From an uncultured Gemmatimonadales bacterium (GTDB taxonomy: Bacteria > Gemmatimonadota > Gemmatimonadetes > Gemmatimonadales > GWC2-71-9): a DNA stretch of 64,000 nt. Positions 30,576 to 40,936 of this stretch are shown here, piece by piece. Position numbers and translations under genes: made by a program. The notes beneath the pieces were generated by a model. The model saw only the letters and a list, made by a program, of their open reading frames with translations. It made no database searches and was not told the origin of the DNA. Within the stretch, counting starts at the first letter, position 1. Each line of letters begins with the position of its first letter. The stretch lies in the NCBI GenBank assembly GCA_963771275.1, contig CAVYSW010000003.1, positions 928,001 to 992,000 of the forward strand, written 5' to 3'.

Positions 30576-33500
30576 CTACCGCCCCGGCTTCGGCGCCTTG
30601 TCCGGCGGCGCCGGCCGCTTGGGCAGCTGCCGCGGGTGCTGCTGCATCAGCGTGAGCACCTCTTGTACGCCGCGCTCGAGCTGCAGGTCCCGGCCCGCGA
30701 TCACCGACTTGGGATCGTTGTCCACCACGATGTCCGGGTCGACCCCGTGGCCCTCGATGATCCACCGGCCGTCGGTGCTGGCGAAGCCGAACTCCGGCAC
30801 GTTGACGCTGCCGCCGTCGATCAGCGGGCCGTGGCTGGTAATACCGATCACGCCGCCCCACGACCGCTTGCCGATCAGCGGGCCCAGCCCGGCCTGCTTG
30901 AACATCGCCGGGAAGATGTCTCCGTCCGACGCGGACGTCTCGTTGAGCAGCGTCACCAGCGAGCCGTAGAACACCGGCCCGCGCGGGTAGGTGGACGTGT
31001 ACTCGCTGTTGCGCGAGAACCCCGTCGCCAGCAGCTGGCGGCTCAGCCGCTCGATCACCATCGACGAGACGTTGCCTCCGCCGTTGCCGCGCACGTCGAT
31101 GATCAGGCCTTCCTTCCGGACCTGCGGGTAGTACCACTTGATGAACTCGCTGATGCCGTCGGCGCCCATGTCGGGGAGATGGAGATACCCCACCCGGCCG
31201 TGCGTCAGCGAGTCCACCTGCTGGCGATTGGCCGTCACCCAGTCGAGGTAGAGCAGCTTGGCCTCACTCGTGACCGGCTGGTAGCTCACGGTGCGCGCCC
31301 CGTCGGACGACGGCTGGCTGTTGAGCGTGAGCGTGACCGGCCGGTCCGCCTTGTAGCGCAGCAGGCGGTACGGATTCTCCGGCGCCTTCACGTCGGCGCC
31401 GTCGATCGCGAGCAGGTAATCGCCCACACGGGCGTCCACGCCGATCGCCGACAGCGGAGCGCGATACGTGGCCTCCGCGTTGTCACCCCGGTAGATCGCG
31501 GCGATGCGGTAGCGCCCTGACGCCCCGTCCAGCGCGAAGCGTGCGCCCGGGAGCGCCACGTCCGGCCGGTCCGGAATCTCGTAGTCCCCGCCCGCGATGT
31601 ACGTGTGCGAGTTCGACAGCTCCGCGATCATCTCGCTCAGCACGTAGTCGAGGTCGGAGCGATGCCCGACATACCGCAGCAGGGGGCGATAGCGGTCCTT
31701 GAGCGCCTTCCAGTCGTAGCCGTTCATGTTCGAGACGTAGAAGAAGTCGCGGAACCGCCGCCACACCTCGTCGAAGATCTGCGTCCACTCCTCCTTGGGC
31801 ACGACGTCTGCCTGCAGCCCCGTCGTGGCAACGGTCTTCTTTGCAGCCGCCCCCTTGGGGTTGGCGTCGTACAGAGTGTACGCGCCGCTCTGCCGCACGA
31901 GCACCTTCGAGCCGTCCGGCGATAGGGTGTAGCCCGCGATGTTCTCGGCCAGCGTCGTCGCCTTGCGGTCGGCCAGGTTGAACACCATCAGCGCCGCCTG
32001 CACGCCGGACGGCCGGCCGTAGTAGAACGGCCCGCCGCGCACGTACAGCAGATTGCCCTTCACCGCATTGAGTCCGCTGTAGTCGTCGGCCGCCACGGGC
32101 ACCGCCTGGACACGCCCGGCGAGCCCGTCGAAGTCGATCGTCACCGCCGCGGGGCCTTTCTTGGGGGCGTCCCCCGGCTTGGCGGGCGCCGATGGCGTGG
32201 CTGCCGTGGTGTCGATCTTCACCTCGTCGCTCCGCGGCGGGAACGGCGGCGGCACGTCTTTCCGCAACGCCAGCGCGAAGATGCCGGTGGTGCGATCGGT
32301 CGCGAAATCCCATTCCGCCGAGCTGATCTGCGGGGCGTACTCCCGGTCGCTCAGGAAGAACAGGTACTTCCCCTCCGGGTCGAACACCGGCTCCTGCGCG
32401 TTGAACAGCTCGTCGGTGATGCGGCGCGGCGCGGCGTCACCGACGCCCCAGAGGTAGAGCGCGCGGTACCCGGCGGCGCGGCTCAGGCTGAACGCGAGCC
32501 ACCGGCCGTCGGACGACCAGCTCTGGTCGCCCAACTGGCCGCTCGAGTCGCGCGCCACCTGGGTGAGCTGCTTGCCGGCCAGCTCCAGCACCCAGAGCCG
32601 CCCCGCCTTGTCCGCCAACGCGAGCCGCTTGCCGTCCGGCGACCACACGGGCGGGTAGCGCATCATGTCGCCGCCGGTGGTGAGCCGCTCGGGAGCCCCG
32701 CTCCCGTCCTGATCGATCAGGTAGAGCTCCTCCTCGCCCGACATGTCGGAGATGAACGCGATCTTGCGGCCGTCGGGCGACCAGCGTGCCGCCTTGTCGT
32801 GCGCTGTCGAGCTGTGCGTGACGTTGCGCGTCGGGCCGTGCTCGACGGGCGCGGTGAACACGTCGCCGCGCGCCACGAACAGCGCGCGCGCCCCGTCGGG
32901 GCTCAGCGCATAATCCTCCACGAAGCGCGCCACCGAGCGATGACTCGGCCGCGCGGCCAGCCCGTCGTCCGGCACGACGATATCGAGCTTCCGGTCCGTT
33001 CTGGCGCCGGTGTCGAACACGTGCAGCTCACCATCCATCTCGTACGCGATGTGTCCGGCCTCGTCCGCACTCGGCCAGCGCACGTCCCACGTCGTGCTGG
33101 TGGTGAGCTGCGCCAGATCGCTGCCGTCGGGCTTCACCGAGTACAGGTTGAGCGTACCACTCCGGTCCGACGCGAAGTAGATCCGGTCGCCGATCCACAT
33201 CGGATCGCGGTCGGTGCGCGGGTTGTTGGTGATGTTGCGCGCGTCGTGGCTCGCCAGGTCGAACACCCACAGGTCTTCGGCCCAGCCGCCCTCATAACGC
33301 TTCCACGCGCGAAAGTCGCGGAACAGCGGGGAATAGACCGCCCGCCTGCCGTCCGGCGAGAGATCTCCCGCGCCGGATTGGGGCATCGGCAGCGCCGTGG
33401 GCAGCCCGCCCTCCACCGGAACCGTGTAGAGCCGGTTGTCGCCCAGCTCCCACCCGTCACGCAGCGAGCGGAACACCACCGCCTTGCCGTCGGGCGTCCA

Positions 33501-33887
33501 GCCGTACACCTGGTTGTCGTAGCCCCAGCGCGGCGGCAGCGGCCCGCGGGCAGGATAGAACGTGAGCTGCCGCGGGACGCCGCCCCCGGCCGGAATCACG
33601 TAGACCTGCTCGTCGCCATCGTACTGGCCGGTGAACGCGATCGACTTGCCGTCGGGCGCGTACTTGGCGAACAGCTCGAGCCCGGGATGAGCCGTGAGCC
33701 GCGTAGCCGTGCCGCCGGCGGCCGGCGCGGTCCACAGGTCGCCCGCGTAGGTGAACACGACCTGCGAGCCGTGAATGTCGGGGAACCGCAGCAGCTTGGT
33801 CTGCGCGGCGCCGGGCAGCGTGGCCACGACGGCGAGCATCGCCGCCTCGCGTAGCGATCGAGTCATCAGTCTGCGGAACGGGTGCAT
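30576..33887 (-). CDS. Tricorn protease homolog (S41; PD40 propellers, PDZ)
   Basis: [53 protein letters not shown]. Confidence 0.95.
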   Translation of the reverse strand: MHPFRRLMTRSLREAAMLAVVATLPGAAQTKLLRFPDIHGSQVVFTYAGDLWTAPAAGGTATRLTAHPGLELFAKYAPDGKSIAFTGQYDGDEQVYVIPAGGGVPRQLTFYPARGPLPPRWGYDNQVYGWTPDGKAVVFRSLRDGWELGDNRLYTVPVEGGLPTALPMPQSGAGDLSPDGRRAVYSPLFRDFRAWKRYEGGWAEDLWVFDLASHDARNITNNPRTDRDPMWIGDRIYFASDRSGTLNLYSVKPDGSDLAQLTTSTTWDVRWPSADEAGHIAYEMDGELHVFDTGARTDRKLDIVVPDDGLAARPSHRSVARFVEDYALSPDGARALFVARGDVFTAPVEHGPTRNVTHSSTAHDKAARWSPDGRKIAFISDMSGEEELYLIDQDGSGAPERLTTGGDMMRYPPVWSPDGKRLALADKAGRLWVLELAGKQLTQVARDSSGQLGDQSWSSDGRWLAFSLSRAAGYRALYLWGVGDAAPRRITDELFNAQEPVFDPEGKYLFFLSDREYAPQISSAEWDFATDRTTGIFALALRKDVPPPFPPRSDEVKIDTTAATPSAPAKPGDAPKKGPAAVTIDFDGLAGRVQAVPVAADDYSGLNAVKGNLLYVRGGPFYYGRPSGVQAALMVFNLADRKATTLAENIAGYTLSPDGSKVLVRQSGAYTLYDANPKGAAAKKTVATTGLQADVVPKEEWTQIFDEVWRRFRDFFYVSNMNGYDWKALKDRYRPLLRYVGHRSDLDYVLSEMIAELSNSHTYIAGGDYEIPDRPDVALPGARFALDGASGRYRIAAIYRGDNAEATYRAPLSAIGVDARVGDYLLAIDGADVKAPENPYRLLRYKADRPVTLTLNSQPSSDGARTVSYQPVTSEAKLLYLDWVTANRQQVDSLTHGRVGYLHLPDMGADGISEFIKWYYPQVRKEGLIIDVRGNGGGNVSSMVIERLSRQLLATGFSRNSEYTSTYPRGPVFYGSLVTLLNETSASDGDIFPAMFKQAGLGPLIGKRSWGGVIGITSHGPLIDGGSVNVPEFGFASTDGRWIIEGHGVDPDIVVDNDPKSVIAGRDLQLERGVQEVLTLMQQHPRQLPKRPAPPDKAPKPGR

Positions 33888-34030
33888 GTGGGTCTCCTGG
33901 AGTGCGGCGATCGCGCGTCCGTCGACGAGGTGGCCGGTCCTTCCGACCACCGTGGCGACCGGAGTTGGTAATCTCGCGGCGTGTGTGTGTGTGGGCTAGT
34001 ACATCAGCTCACAACTACGGTTACGTATTG

Positions 34031-34142
34031 CACCGCAGAGGTCGCCGAGCACGCGGAGTGAGGGAACTGCTGCGCACCATGCGCCGACCCCAGCAACCGA
34101 CGATCACGGGCTTGCTCTGCGGTCTCTGCGGACTCCGCGGTG
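34031..34142. repeat. Palindromic REP/MITE-like element with 9-nt periodic arms (copy 2)
   Basis: C-ACCGCAGAG-GTCGCCGAG-CACGCGGAG ... CTCTGCGGT-CTCTGCGGA-CTCCGCGGT-G. Confidence 0.75.
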
Positions 34143-34307
34143 AGACGCGTCATCGAACGTATGACCAAGGGTACCAGCTAGCCCCGCGGCCGGCGTCTTC
34201 CCGATCGAACCGTTCGGAATTTCTCTTGCCGTTTGTGGTGCGGGGGTAATGTTAGTCCCGGTCTTCGCAAGCAGTGGAGCGGAACTCTGACGCCGAGGTT
34301 TGCCACC

Positions 34308-34994
34308 ATGACGGAGAAAGCGTGGCAGCGCACATTCATCTGGGGAACCGCGGTGTTCCTGGTGCTGCTCGTGGGGATGACCGCCGACTCGCTTCGCAAG
34401 GTCAGCGCGGGCCGCACACCGCCCGTGACCGACCAGGTCGCCCACGGCAAGTACGTCTTCCAGCGCAAGAACTGCAACGATTGCCATACGATCCTGGGCA
34501 TCGGCGGGTACTTCGCGCCTGACCTCACCAAGGAGGCCGACCGCCGCGACGCCGTGTGGCTGGCGAGCTACCTCACCGACCCTCAGGGAGTGAAGCCGGG
34601 CACCACGATGCCCAACCAGGGCGTGAGCCCGGCCGACGCCGCCGACCTCGTCGCGTTCCTCGGCTGGGTACGGCACATCGACACGAACGGGTGGCCGCCG
34701 CAGCCGCTCACGATGCTCGCCACCGCCCCCGGCCGGCCCAAGGCGCCGGGCGTGTACGAGGCGAAGGGGTGCAGCGCCTGCCACATGATCGACGGCCAGG
34801 GCGCGGCGGGTCCCGGGCCGGACCTCTCGCACCTCGGCAGCACCCCGTATGACGACTTGCCCAACACGGCCGAGTACCTCTCCCGGTGGCTGGCCGATCC
34901 CCCGGCCGTGAAGCCGGGCACGCTGATGCCGAAGCTGCCCCTCAGCCAGGCGGAGCTGGACAGCCTCGTGCAGTACTTCGTGGCGCTGAAGTGA
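34308..34994 (+). CDS. norC: Nitric oxide reductase cytochrome c subunit with a second c-heme domain
   Basis: N-terminal TM, GKYVFQRKNCNDCHTILGIGGYFAPDLTK (NorC-like), second CSACH domain. Confidence 0.85.
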   Translation: MTEKAWQRTFIWGTAVFLVLLVGMTADSLRKVSAGRTPPVTDQVAHGKYVFQRKNCNDCHTILGIGGYFAPDLTKEADRRDAVWLASYLTDPQGVKPGTTMPNQGVSPADAADLVAFLGWVRHIDTNGWPPQPLTMLATAPGRPKAPGVYEAKGCSACHMIDGQGAAGPGPDLSHLGSTPYDDLPNTAEYLSRWLADPPAVKPGTLMPKLPLSQAELDSLVQYFVALK

Positions 34995-35007
34995 GGAGAA
35001 TCGATCC

Positions 35008-36372
35008 ATGACACCACATGCGAGCGTCACCCACCGATCGCAGCTCGTCGCCTATCCGTTCTTCCTCGCGGCCGCGATCCTGTTCCTGCTCCAGGTTGTC
35101 TTTGGTCTCATCATCGCCGCGCAGTTCGTGTGGCCCACGTTTCTCATGGACGCGCTGCCGTTCAACTTCGGTCGCGCCACCCATCTCAACCTCCTGGTCT
35201 TCTGGCTGCTCCTCGGCCTGATGGGCGCGTCCTACTACCTGGTGGCCGACGAGACCGATTCCGAGATCTTCTCCGTGCCGCTGGCATGGGCCAACCTCGT
35301 CGTGCTGCTTCTCGCCGGCGTCGGCACGCTGGCGACCTACTGGTTCGGCCACATCGCCAGAGGGAAGCCCTTCACCGAAGCGCCGATGCCGTTCCCGCTC
35401 CTGATCGCGCTCGGGGTCGTGCTCTTCCTCGTCAATATCTTCGTCACGCTGTTCCGCGCGAAGCGCTGGAATGCCATCACGTTCACGCTGGCCTTCGGCA
35501 TGGTGGGGCTGACGCTGCTCTACCTCTTCAACCTCCCGTTCTACCGCAACCTCACGGTGGACTACTACTGGTGGTGGTGGATCATCCACCTGTGGGTCGA
35601 GGGGACGTGGGAGATCATCGCGGCGGCGATCATGGCTTACCTCCTGGTGAAGCTCACCGGCGCGGATCGGACCAGGCTGGCGAAGTGGCTGTACGCCGAG
35701 GTCGCGCTCGTGCTCTTCACCGGGATCGTCGGGATCGGCCATCACTACTACTGGATCGGCACCCCGCGCTACTGGCTGTTGTGGGGCGCGGTGTTCAGCG
35801 CGCTGGAGCCCATCCCGCTCGTGCTGATGGTCTGGGACACGTTCTCGACCATGAAGCAGCGCCACCTCCAGCCCGCCAATCATGTCACGTGGTATTGGCT
35901 CGGCGGCTCCGCGGTCGGGCACCTGGTCGGCGCGGGGGTGTGGGGCTTTGCGATGACCCTGCCGCAGATCAACAAGTGGACGCACGGCACGCAGGTCACC
36001 GCGTCGCACGGCCATTTCGCCTTCTTCGGCGCCTTCGGGATGCTCGTGCTCGCGGCGATGTACTTCATGGTCCCGCGGCTCCGCGGGATGGAGCGCCTGG
36101 CGCGCCGGCGCTCGATGTGGGCGTTCTGGCTGATGTCCATCGGGATGCTGGGAATGGTGATCGCCTTCACCGTCGCGGGCGTGGTCCAGACCTATCTGAC
36201 GCGGCTCATCGGGATGGACTTCATGACGGTGCGGACGCAGTACGTGAGCTTCTGGCTCCTGGTGGTCTGGGCGTTCGGGCTCGTCGTGTTCTTGCCCGGT
36301 GCGGTGGCCTTCGTGTGGGACTTCCTGGCGGGGAAGCCGGCGGACGAGGGCGCCGCGCCGGTGGCTCTGTAG
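35008..36372 (+). CDS. norB: Nitric oxide reductase large subunit (cNOR type)
   Basis: RATHLN, WWWIIHLWVEGTWE, GHHYYWIG, SALEP, HGTQVTASHGH; lacks the qNOR N-terminal extension. Confidence 0.93.
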   Translation: MTPHASVTHRSQLVAYPFFLAAAILFLLQVVFGLIIAAQFVWPTFLMDALPFNFGRATHLNLLVFWLLLGLMGASYYLVADETDSEIFSVPLAWANLVVLLLAGVGTLATYWFGHIARGKPFTEAPMPFPLLIALGVVLFLVNIFVTLFRAKRWNAITFTLAFGMVGLTLLYLFNLPFYRNLTVDYYWWWWIIHLWVEGTWEIIAAAIMAYLLVKLTGADRTRLAKWLYAEVALVLFTGIVGIGHHYYWIGTPRYWLLWGAVFSALEPIPLVLMVWDTFSTMKQRHLQPANHVTWYWLGGSAVGHLVGAGVWGFAMTLPQINKWTHGTQVTASHGHFAFFGAFGMLVLAAMYFMVPRLRGMERLARRRSMWAFWLMSIGMLGMVIAFTVAGVVQTYLTRLIGMDFMTVRTQYVSFWLLVVWAFGLVVFLPGAVAFVWDFLAGKPADEGAAPVAL

Positions 36373-36495
36373 CGGCCTCCGCCCACCACCCGCGATCGAG
36401 CCGTGCTTGAGGGACGCGGGGGTCGCGGAGGATTCCGTCACGGCGCGCGGCGAATCGGTGGGGTGCGGCGCGGGCGAGTCGCCGAGTGTAGCTGC

Positions 36496-37334
36496 ATGGG
36501 AACGCTGTTGGCGGACGTGCGGCGGGCCTTGCGGGTACGTCATTGCGCCGCGCGCACCGAGGGGGTCTACGTCGGGTGGGTCGGGCGGCTGGTGCGGTTC
36601 CATGGGATGCGGCACCCGCGGGACCTGGGGCCGGAGGAGCTGGCCCGTTTTCTCTCCGATCTCGCGGTGCGCGGCGGCGTCAGCGCGTCCACGCAGAACC
36701 AGGCGCGCAGCGCGATCGTGTTTCTCTATCACGAGGTGCAGGGCCAGCCGCTTGCTCCGCTCGACGGGCTGGTGCGCGCCAGGCGACCGCCGCGGCTCCC
36801 GGTGGTCCTGACCCGCGCGGAGGTACAGGGAGTCCTGGGACATCTGGACGGCACGCCTCGGCTGGTGGCCGGCATGCTGTACGGCGGCGGGCTCCGCCTC
36901 GAGGCGCTGCGGTTGCGGGTCAAGGACCTCGAGGTCTCGTACGGCCCGCTGGTCGTCCGCGGGGGCATGTGCCGCTCCCGACGGCACTGCACCGGAAGTA
37001 CCCGCGGGCGGGGCGGGAATGGGTGTGGCAGTGGGTGTTCCCCGCCACCCGAGCCTACCGCGACCGGGTCACGCACGCGCGGCACCGCCATCACCTCCAT
37101 CCCACCGTCGTTCAGCGGGCGTTTCGCGCGGCGGTGCGAGAGGCCGGGTTGGCGAAGCGGGCGACGTGCCACAGTCTGCGTCACTCGTTCGCCACGCACC
37201 TCCTCGACGCGGGCCACGACATTCGGACCGTGCGGGAGCTGCTCGGCCACCGCGACGTGCGGACCACCATGATCTACACCCACGTCCTCAATCGGCCCGG
37301 ACTCGGCGTGCGGAGCCCGCTTGAGTCGTTTTGA
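36496..37334 (+). pseudogene. intI: Integron integrase with internal deletion and frameshift
   Basis: [27 protein letters not shown]; after the junction near 36967 [18 protein letters not shown] (IntI-specific insert), [23 protein letters not shown]. Confidence 0.9.
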
Positions 37335-37339
37335 GGGCC

Positions 37340-37365
37340 GGAAACCCTTTTTCAGCAACCTGCTA
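37340..37365. mobile_element. Possible IS terminal remnant (IS5/IS1182-like end)
   Basis: TTTTTCAGCAACCTGCTA abutting a CTAA motif; no transposase left. Confidence 0.35.
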
Positions 37366-37386
37366 ACCGGCGCTTGAAGCTGGCCG
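37362..37386 (+). other. Left half of an attC-like site
   Basis: GCTAAC-CGGCG-CTTGAAGCTGGC resembles R''/L'' boxes; right arm replaced by an IS3-like end. Confidence 0.45.
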
Positions 37387-37600
37387 GGAAACCTCCCTCA
37401 CGTTTGTAGACACTTCCATCTAACAAGCTTGGAGGTGTCTGTGCCCCGAGCGGGTCCGAAGAAGGTTCAGGAATACAGTGCGGAGTTTAAACTGGCGGCG
37501 GTGCGCCTCAGTCGGCAGCGCGGGGTGCAGGTGCAAGCGGTTGCGGCCGCGCTCGACATTCACCCGTTCATGTTCTCGCGGTGGCGGAAGGAAGTGAAGG
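37386..37600 (+). mobile_element. IS3 family remnant: left end and truncated orfA
   Basis: GGAAACCTCCCTCACGTTTGTAGACA end, GGAGG RBS, GTG 37441: YSAEFKLAAVRL...VAAALDIHPFMFSRWRKE HTH. Confidence 0.7.
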
Positions 37601-37986
37601 GCTTTCTCGTAGGTCTAGCTGGTGGGAAGCATGTTCAGCAGAATGCCTCTCTCGCTGGCGGGTGTTTGGAGCTCGTTCGGTATCCACGGTCAACACCAGG
37701 CAAGAAGACTTTCTTCATCATGGTAACCTCCGACGAGGATTCTGGGGGCTGGGTAGTGCCGGAACTCGAACGGAACATTCGCTTGTGCATCGATGACAAG
37801 TCGCGCAAGATAGCGGCTGTGAGATCTCGCTATCCTGAATGGTGGCTGGTCCTGCTTGACCACATTGCATTTGGTCTCGACGATTTTGACTGGGCCCAAT
37901 TCTGTGCGAGTGTGTCGATAGCTCACGACTGGAATAGGGTAGTTCCTGTAAATCCTGTGTTGCCACACCACTACCGCGAGCTCTGA
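37600..37986 (+). pseudogene. 3' part of a low-GC cassette-like gene fused in frame to IS3 orfA
   Basis: Abrupt drop in GC; DSGGWVV.ELERNIRLCI..K..K...YPEWWLVLLDHI; followed by an attC-like half site. Confidence 0.55.
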
Positions 37987-37996
37987 CTCTGCGGCT

Positions 37997-38024
37997 GGCT
38001 AACGAGGCCGTGAACTTGTCAAAG
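37997..38024 (+). other. Left half of a second attC-like site
   Basis: GGCTAAC-GAGGC-CGTGAACTTGTC 10 nt after the stop codon; no complementary GTT arm found. Confidence 0.45.
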
Positions 38025-38026
38025 AG

Positions 38027-38080
38027 CCATGTGGACTCGATCTTCCATACGGCCTCAATCGCCTTCGGCACATCCTTCAT
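38027..38080 (-). pseudogene. N-terminal stub of an ECF sigma factor-like gene
   Basis: MKDVPKAIEAVWKIES resembles the AIEAVWRIES start of YciI-associated ECF sigmas; similarity ends at the attC half. Confidence 0.45.
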
Positions 38081-38132
38081 GCCTGCGAGATTGCGGCGTT
38101 CCGGTATTCACTAACGATGTCGCGTTGTCGAA

Positions 38133-38715
38133 CTATCCGCCCTTCAATGGCCCGGCAACCTTGTACGCACTGAGGATGACGCCGGACGGCATGGCGTTCG
38201 TGCTGACGAGCTCGAATGAGCGTGCCGGGGTTCCTTCCGCAAAGAACCGCTTCCCCGTGCCCAACAGGACCGGAGAGACGATCAGCAGGACTTCATCCGC
38301 AAGGCCATGTTCGAGCAGCGTCGATGTCAGCGTGGAGCTACCCGAGAGGATAAGGTGCGGGCCGTCCTGCGACTTGATGCGGCGAATGCCCTCGACGATG
38401 TCCGGTCCAAGCGCCCTCGAACGGGCCCCATTCAAGACTTTGCGGTCGGTGGGTAGCGACATATTTCGTTGCCGCATTGAGGCCGTCCGCCATCGGACTG
38501 CTCGGCGCCTTTGGCCAGAAGCCCGACCAGATATCGTAGGTGCGACGGCCAAGCAGCAGATCGAAGCGCTCGCCATACGCGGCCATGACTGCGTCCCGGC
38601 CAGCCGGGGTTCGATAGGGAGCGGTCCAGTCGCTGTAGGGGAAATCGTCGTCATCGGCGGAATGCTGGATCACGCCGTCCAGCGAGATGTGTTCGATGAT
38701 TTTGAGCTTTCTCAT
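38133..38715 (-). pseudogene. RibD C-terminal/DHFR-family reductase with a single-base frameshift (possibly a sequence error)
   Basis: ISLDGVIQ, LLGRRTY, KYVAT in one frame; GSSTL, DEVLL..PVLLGTGKRFF in another; extra base near 38412. Confidence 0.8.
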
Positions 38716-39536
38716 TTGCTCTTGCTCGGCTCCGTGGGCATCGGGAAGCGTTCCTGGAACCACGCTTGCCACAGCGGCGTTTCGCGGGCGACGGTTCCGG
38801 CCGCCTGATCGCCGTACAGATACAAGTTCATCGCCACCATGCCCTGGCCACCGGGATAGGTGACGGCGCCAAGGGCGGCTACGCCTGGCCCCGGCTTGTC
38901 GAGCCTCAGCAGGGCGTCGTACGGATTCTCGGTGAGATACTCCACCACGCCGCTGAGCGGTGAGACACCAGCGGGAGTCGTCCAACGCTGCCCGACGCTC
39001 AAGCCTTTCACTCCCAATGCCGCGGTCAGCGCTTCCCATGACTCGGCGTCCGGACCCGCGACGGGAGCCGTGACCTGCATGATCGCGGAGCGTTGTCCGC
39101 GGAAGTGCGTGAGATAGATCCGCAGGATGGCCAAGAAACCCGACCATCCGGAGTTGGCGCCTTCCAGCTGGTTGTCCCACTCGTCCGTGCTGGCGAAAAG
39201 GCTATGGACAATGCGGACGAGGCACACACCACCCGCGCGCGCTTCAACGCTCCACTCGGTTGCGATGGGCGGCGAGCCACCGTAGACCTCACCCTCCCCG
39301 GCAAACATCCGCGGCGGATCCCAGGCCGTCACGGCACCACGGATCTCCGTGTCCGGGCCGAACTTGAACTTCATTGCGACGGGCTTCCCGTCGCGCTCCT
39401 CGATCTCAGCCGGCACGAACCAGGACGAAATACCCGGCCCGGTGGCGATGGCCTGCCAGACTTCCTCCGGCGTGCCGGGGACTTCGAATTCGACCTGCAC
39501 CGAACGGCGACCGTTGGCTTCTTGCTTCACGCTCAT
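38712..39536 (-). CDS. SRPBCC/AHSA1 domain protein
   Basis: EVPGTPEEVWQAIATGPGISSWF, VTAWDPPR, VRIVHS. Confidence 0.88.
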   Translation of the reverse strand: MSVKQEANGRRSVQVEFEVPGTPEEVWQAIATGPGISSWFVPAEIEERDGKPVAMKFKFGPDTEIRGAVTAWDPPRMFAGEGEVYGGSPPIATEWSVEARAGGVCLVRIVHSLFASTDEWDNQLEGANSGWSGFLAILRIYLTHFRGQRSAIMQVTAPVAGPDAESWEALTAALGVKGLSVGQRWTTPAGVSPLSGVVEYLTENPYDALLRLDKPGPGVAALGAVTYPGGQGMVAMNLYLYGDQAAGTVARETPLWQAWFQERFPMPTEPSKSK

Positions 39537-40135
39537 GACGGCTCCTTGGGCTGGGATTTCTGCGGTAAGGGGTGCGCCACGACCACCAGGCGATGCGCGC
39601 GGCCGCCGGGGGCGGATTCATCGTGGTATTTTGAAACCAGTTTGGTGATGGCCTCGGTGAGTTCGTGGCTGAAAGCCGCCCGGTCCGTCGGCGACCGGAA
39701 GCGAACCTCGGTATCCACCGCCAGGGTCGCCAGGCGTTTGCCCGACTCGTTCGCACGACGAACGAGATCGCCCACCTCGCGGACAACCCGTGCGCCCAAG
39801 GCGATGAGATAGCTCGCGGACAGCCGATCGACTTCCCGATTCGGATCGACGGCGACCGGGCCCAAGGCGCTCGGCGAAACGACGTAGGAAGCGGCCGTCG
39901 CGACGAGCAGCCGTTCCGTCAGCCCGCCCCACTTGCGTTCCTGGGCCAGCCGCACCAGCCCGTGCGCCTCCAGCGCGTGCAGATGGTAGTTGACCTTCTG
40001 CCGAGCCAGGCCGACCCGCATGGCCAACGTCGCCGCCGAGGCGGGCGCGGCCAGCTCGGAGAGGAGTCGACTCCGCATGGGCCCCAAGGCCACCGTCGCC
40101 GCCGCCGGATCATCGATGACTTGGATGTCGAGCAT
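39533..40135 (-). CDS. ArsR-like helix-turn-helix transcriptional regulator
   Basis: RSRLLSELAAPASAATLA..GLARQKVNYHLHALEAHGLV; ATGA coupling to the next genes. Confidence 0.88.
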   Translation of the reverse strand: MLDIQVIDDPAAATVALGPMRSRLLSELAAPASAATLAMRVGLARQKVNYHLHALEAHGLVRLAQERKWGGLTERLLVATAASYVVSPSALGPVAVDPNREVDRLSASYLIALGARVVREVGDLVRRANESGKRLATLAVDTEVRFRSPTDRAAFSHELTEAITKLVSKYHDESAPGGRAHRLVVVAHPLPQKSQPKEPS

Positions 40136-40150
40136 GAGGAGATGGTATCA

Positions 40151-40170
40151 TTGACAACTTTTATTGTCAA
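40151..40170. promoter_or_regulatory. Inverted-repeat operator overlapping -35 elements
   Basis: TTGACAA-CTTTTA-TTGTCAA between divergent genes. Confidence 0.7.
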
Positions 40171-40203
40171 GCATGATCCAAGGCTTGAGCAGGCGGCGGC
40201 GAT

Positions 40204-40650
40204 ATGAGACTCCAGGTACTAGCCTTCGGTCTTGGCCTGGTCCCGCTCCAGCTCTCTGCTCAGGAGCGGCTCCCGATCATCGACATGCATCTCCACGCAT
40301 TTGCAGCCGATGCGCAGGGGCCGCCGCCGCTTGCCATGGGTACGCCCATCGACCCCTTTCCCGCATGGGACCCGGCGCAGCCTTACGCGGCTACCTTCTT
40401 GGCGATGTTCAAGAAGCCGCCTTGCGCTGACCCCGTGTGGTCACCGATGACGGATCGGGAACTGATGCAGCAGACCCTCGAAGTGATGGAGCGGCTGAAC
40501 ATCATCGCCGTGGTTAGCGGATCGTCTGAGCGGTGGCGACCTGGCGGGCGGCGGCGCCGCATCGTCTGATTCCCGCGCTCGAGCTGCGGATGGACGAGGC
40601 GACGCCGGCTCCGGATGCGCTTCGAGATCTTCACAGGCGCGGCGACCTTG
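40204..40650 (+). pseudogene. Truncated exported amidohydrolase family gene
   Basis: Signal peptide, PIIDMHLH metal motif; frameshift near 40531 and truncation near 40650. Confidence 0.7.
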
Positions 40651-40900
40651 CGATGTCGTGCGTGAAGCAACGGCCCGCCGTTCCCTGGTGATCGGGGCGG
40701 TCGTCTACGACCGACGCGCCATCGAGCAGTTGCAGAAGGCCGGGCAGCGGCTGTCGCTTCGGGTGGTGGGGCTCCTCGTGATCAGCGAGGACGTACCGCC
40801 TGGGCTGGCGCGGGAGACGATCGAGTCGATCACCGTGCACGGGGTGTTCAAAGCCAGCGACGCGGTCAAGAAGGCGCTGGCCGATCGCATGACCAGTTAG
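40651..40900 (+). pseudogene. C-terminal fragment of a CopG-family regulator-like gene
   Basis: DVVREATARRSLVIG...LRVVGLLVISEDV..LARETIESITVHG...VKKALADR; the ribbon-helix-helix N-terminus is missing. Confidence 0.55.
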
Positions 40901-40936
40901 CAATTGTGGCTCGACCGACTCTGAGAGGCGCGATCC

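Noticed and set aside
33980..33993. (GT)n dinucleotide run as a phase-variation tract
   Set aside because: Short, intergenic, and not clearly within a promoter spacer
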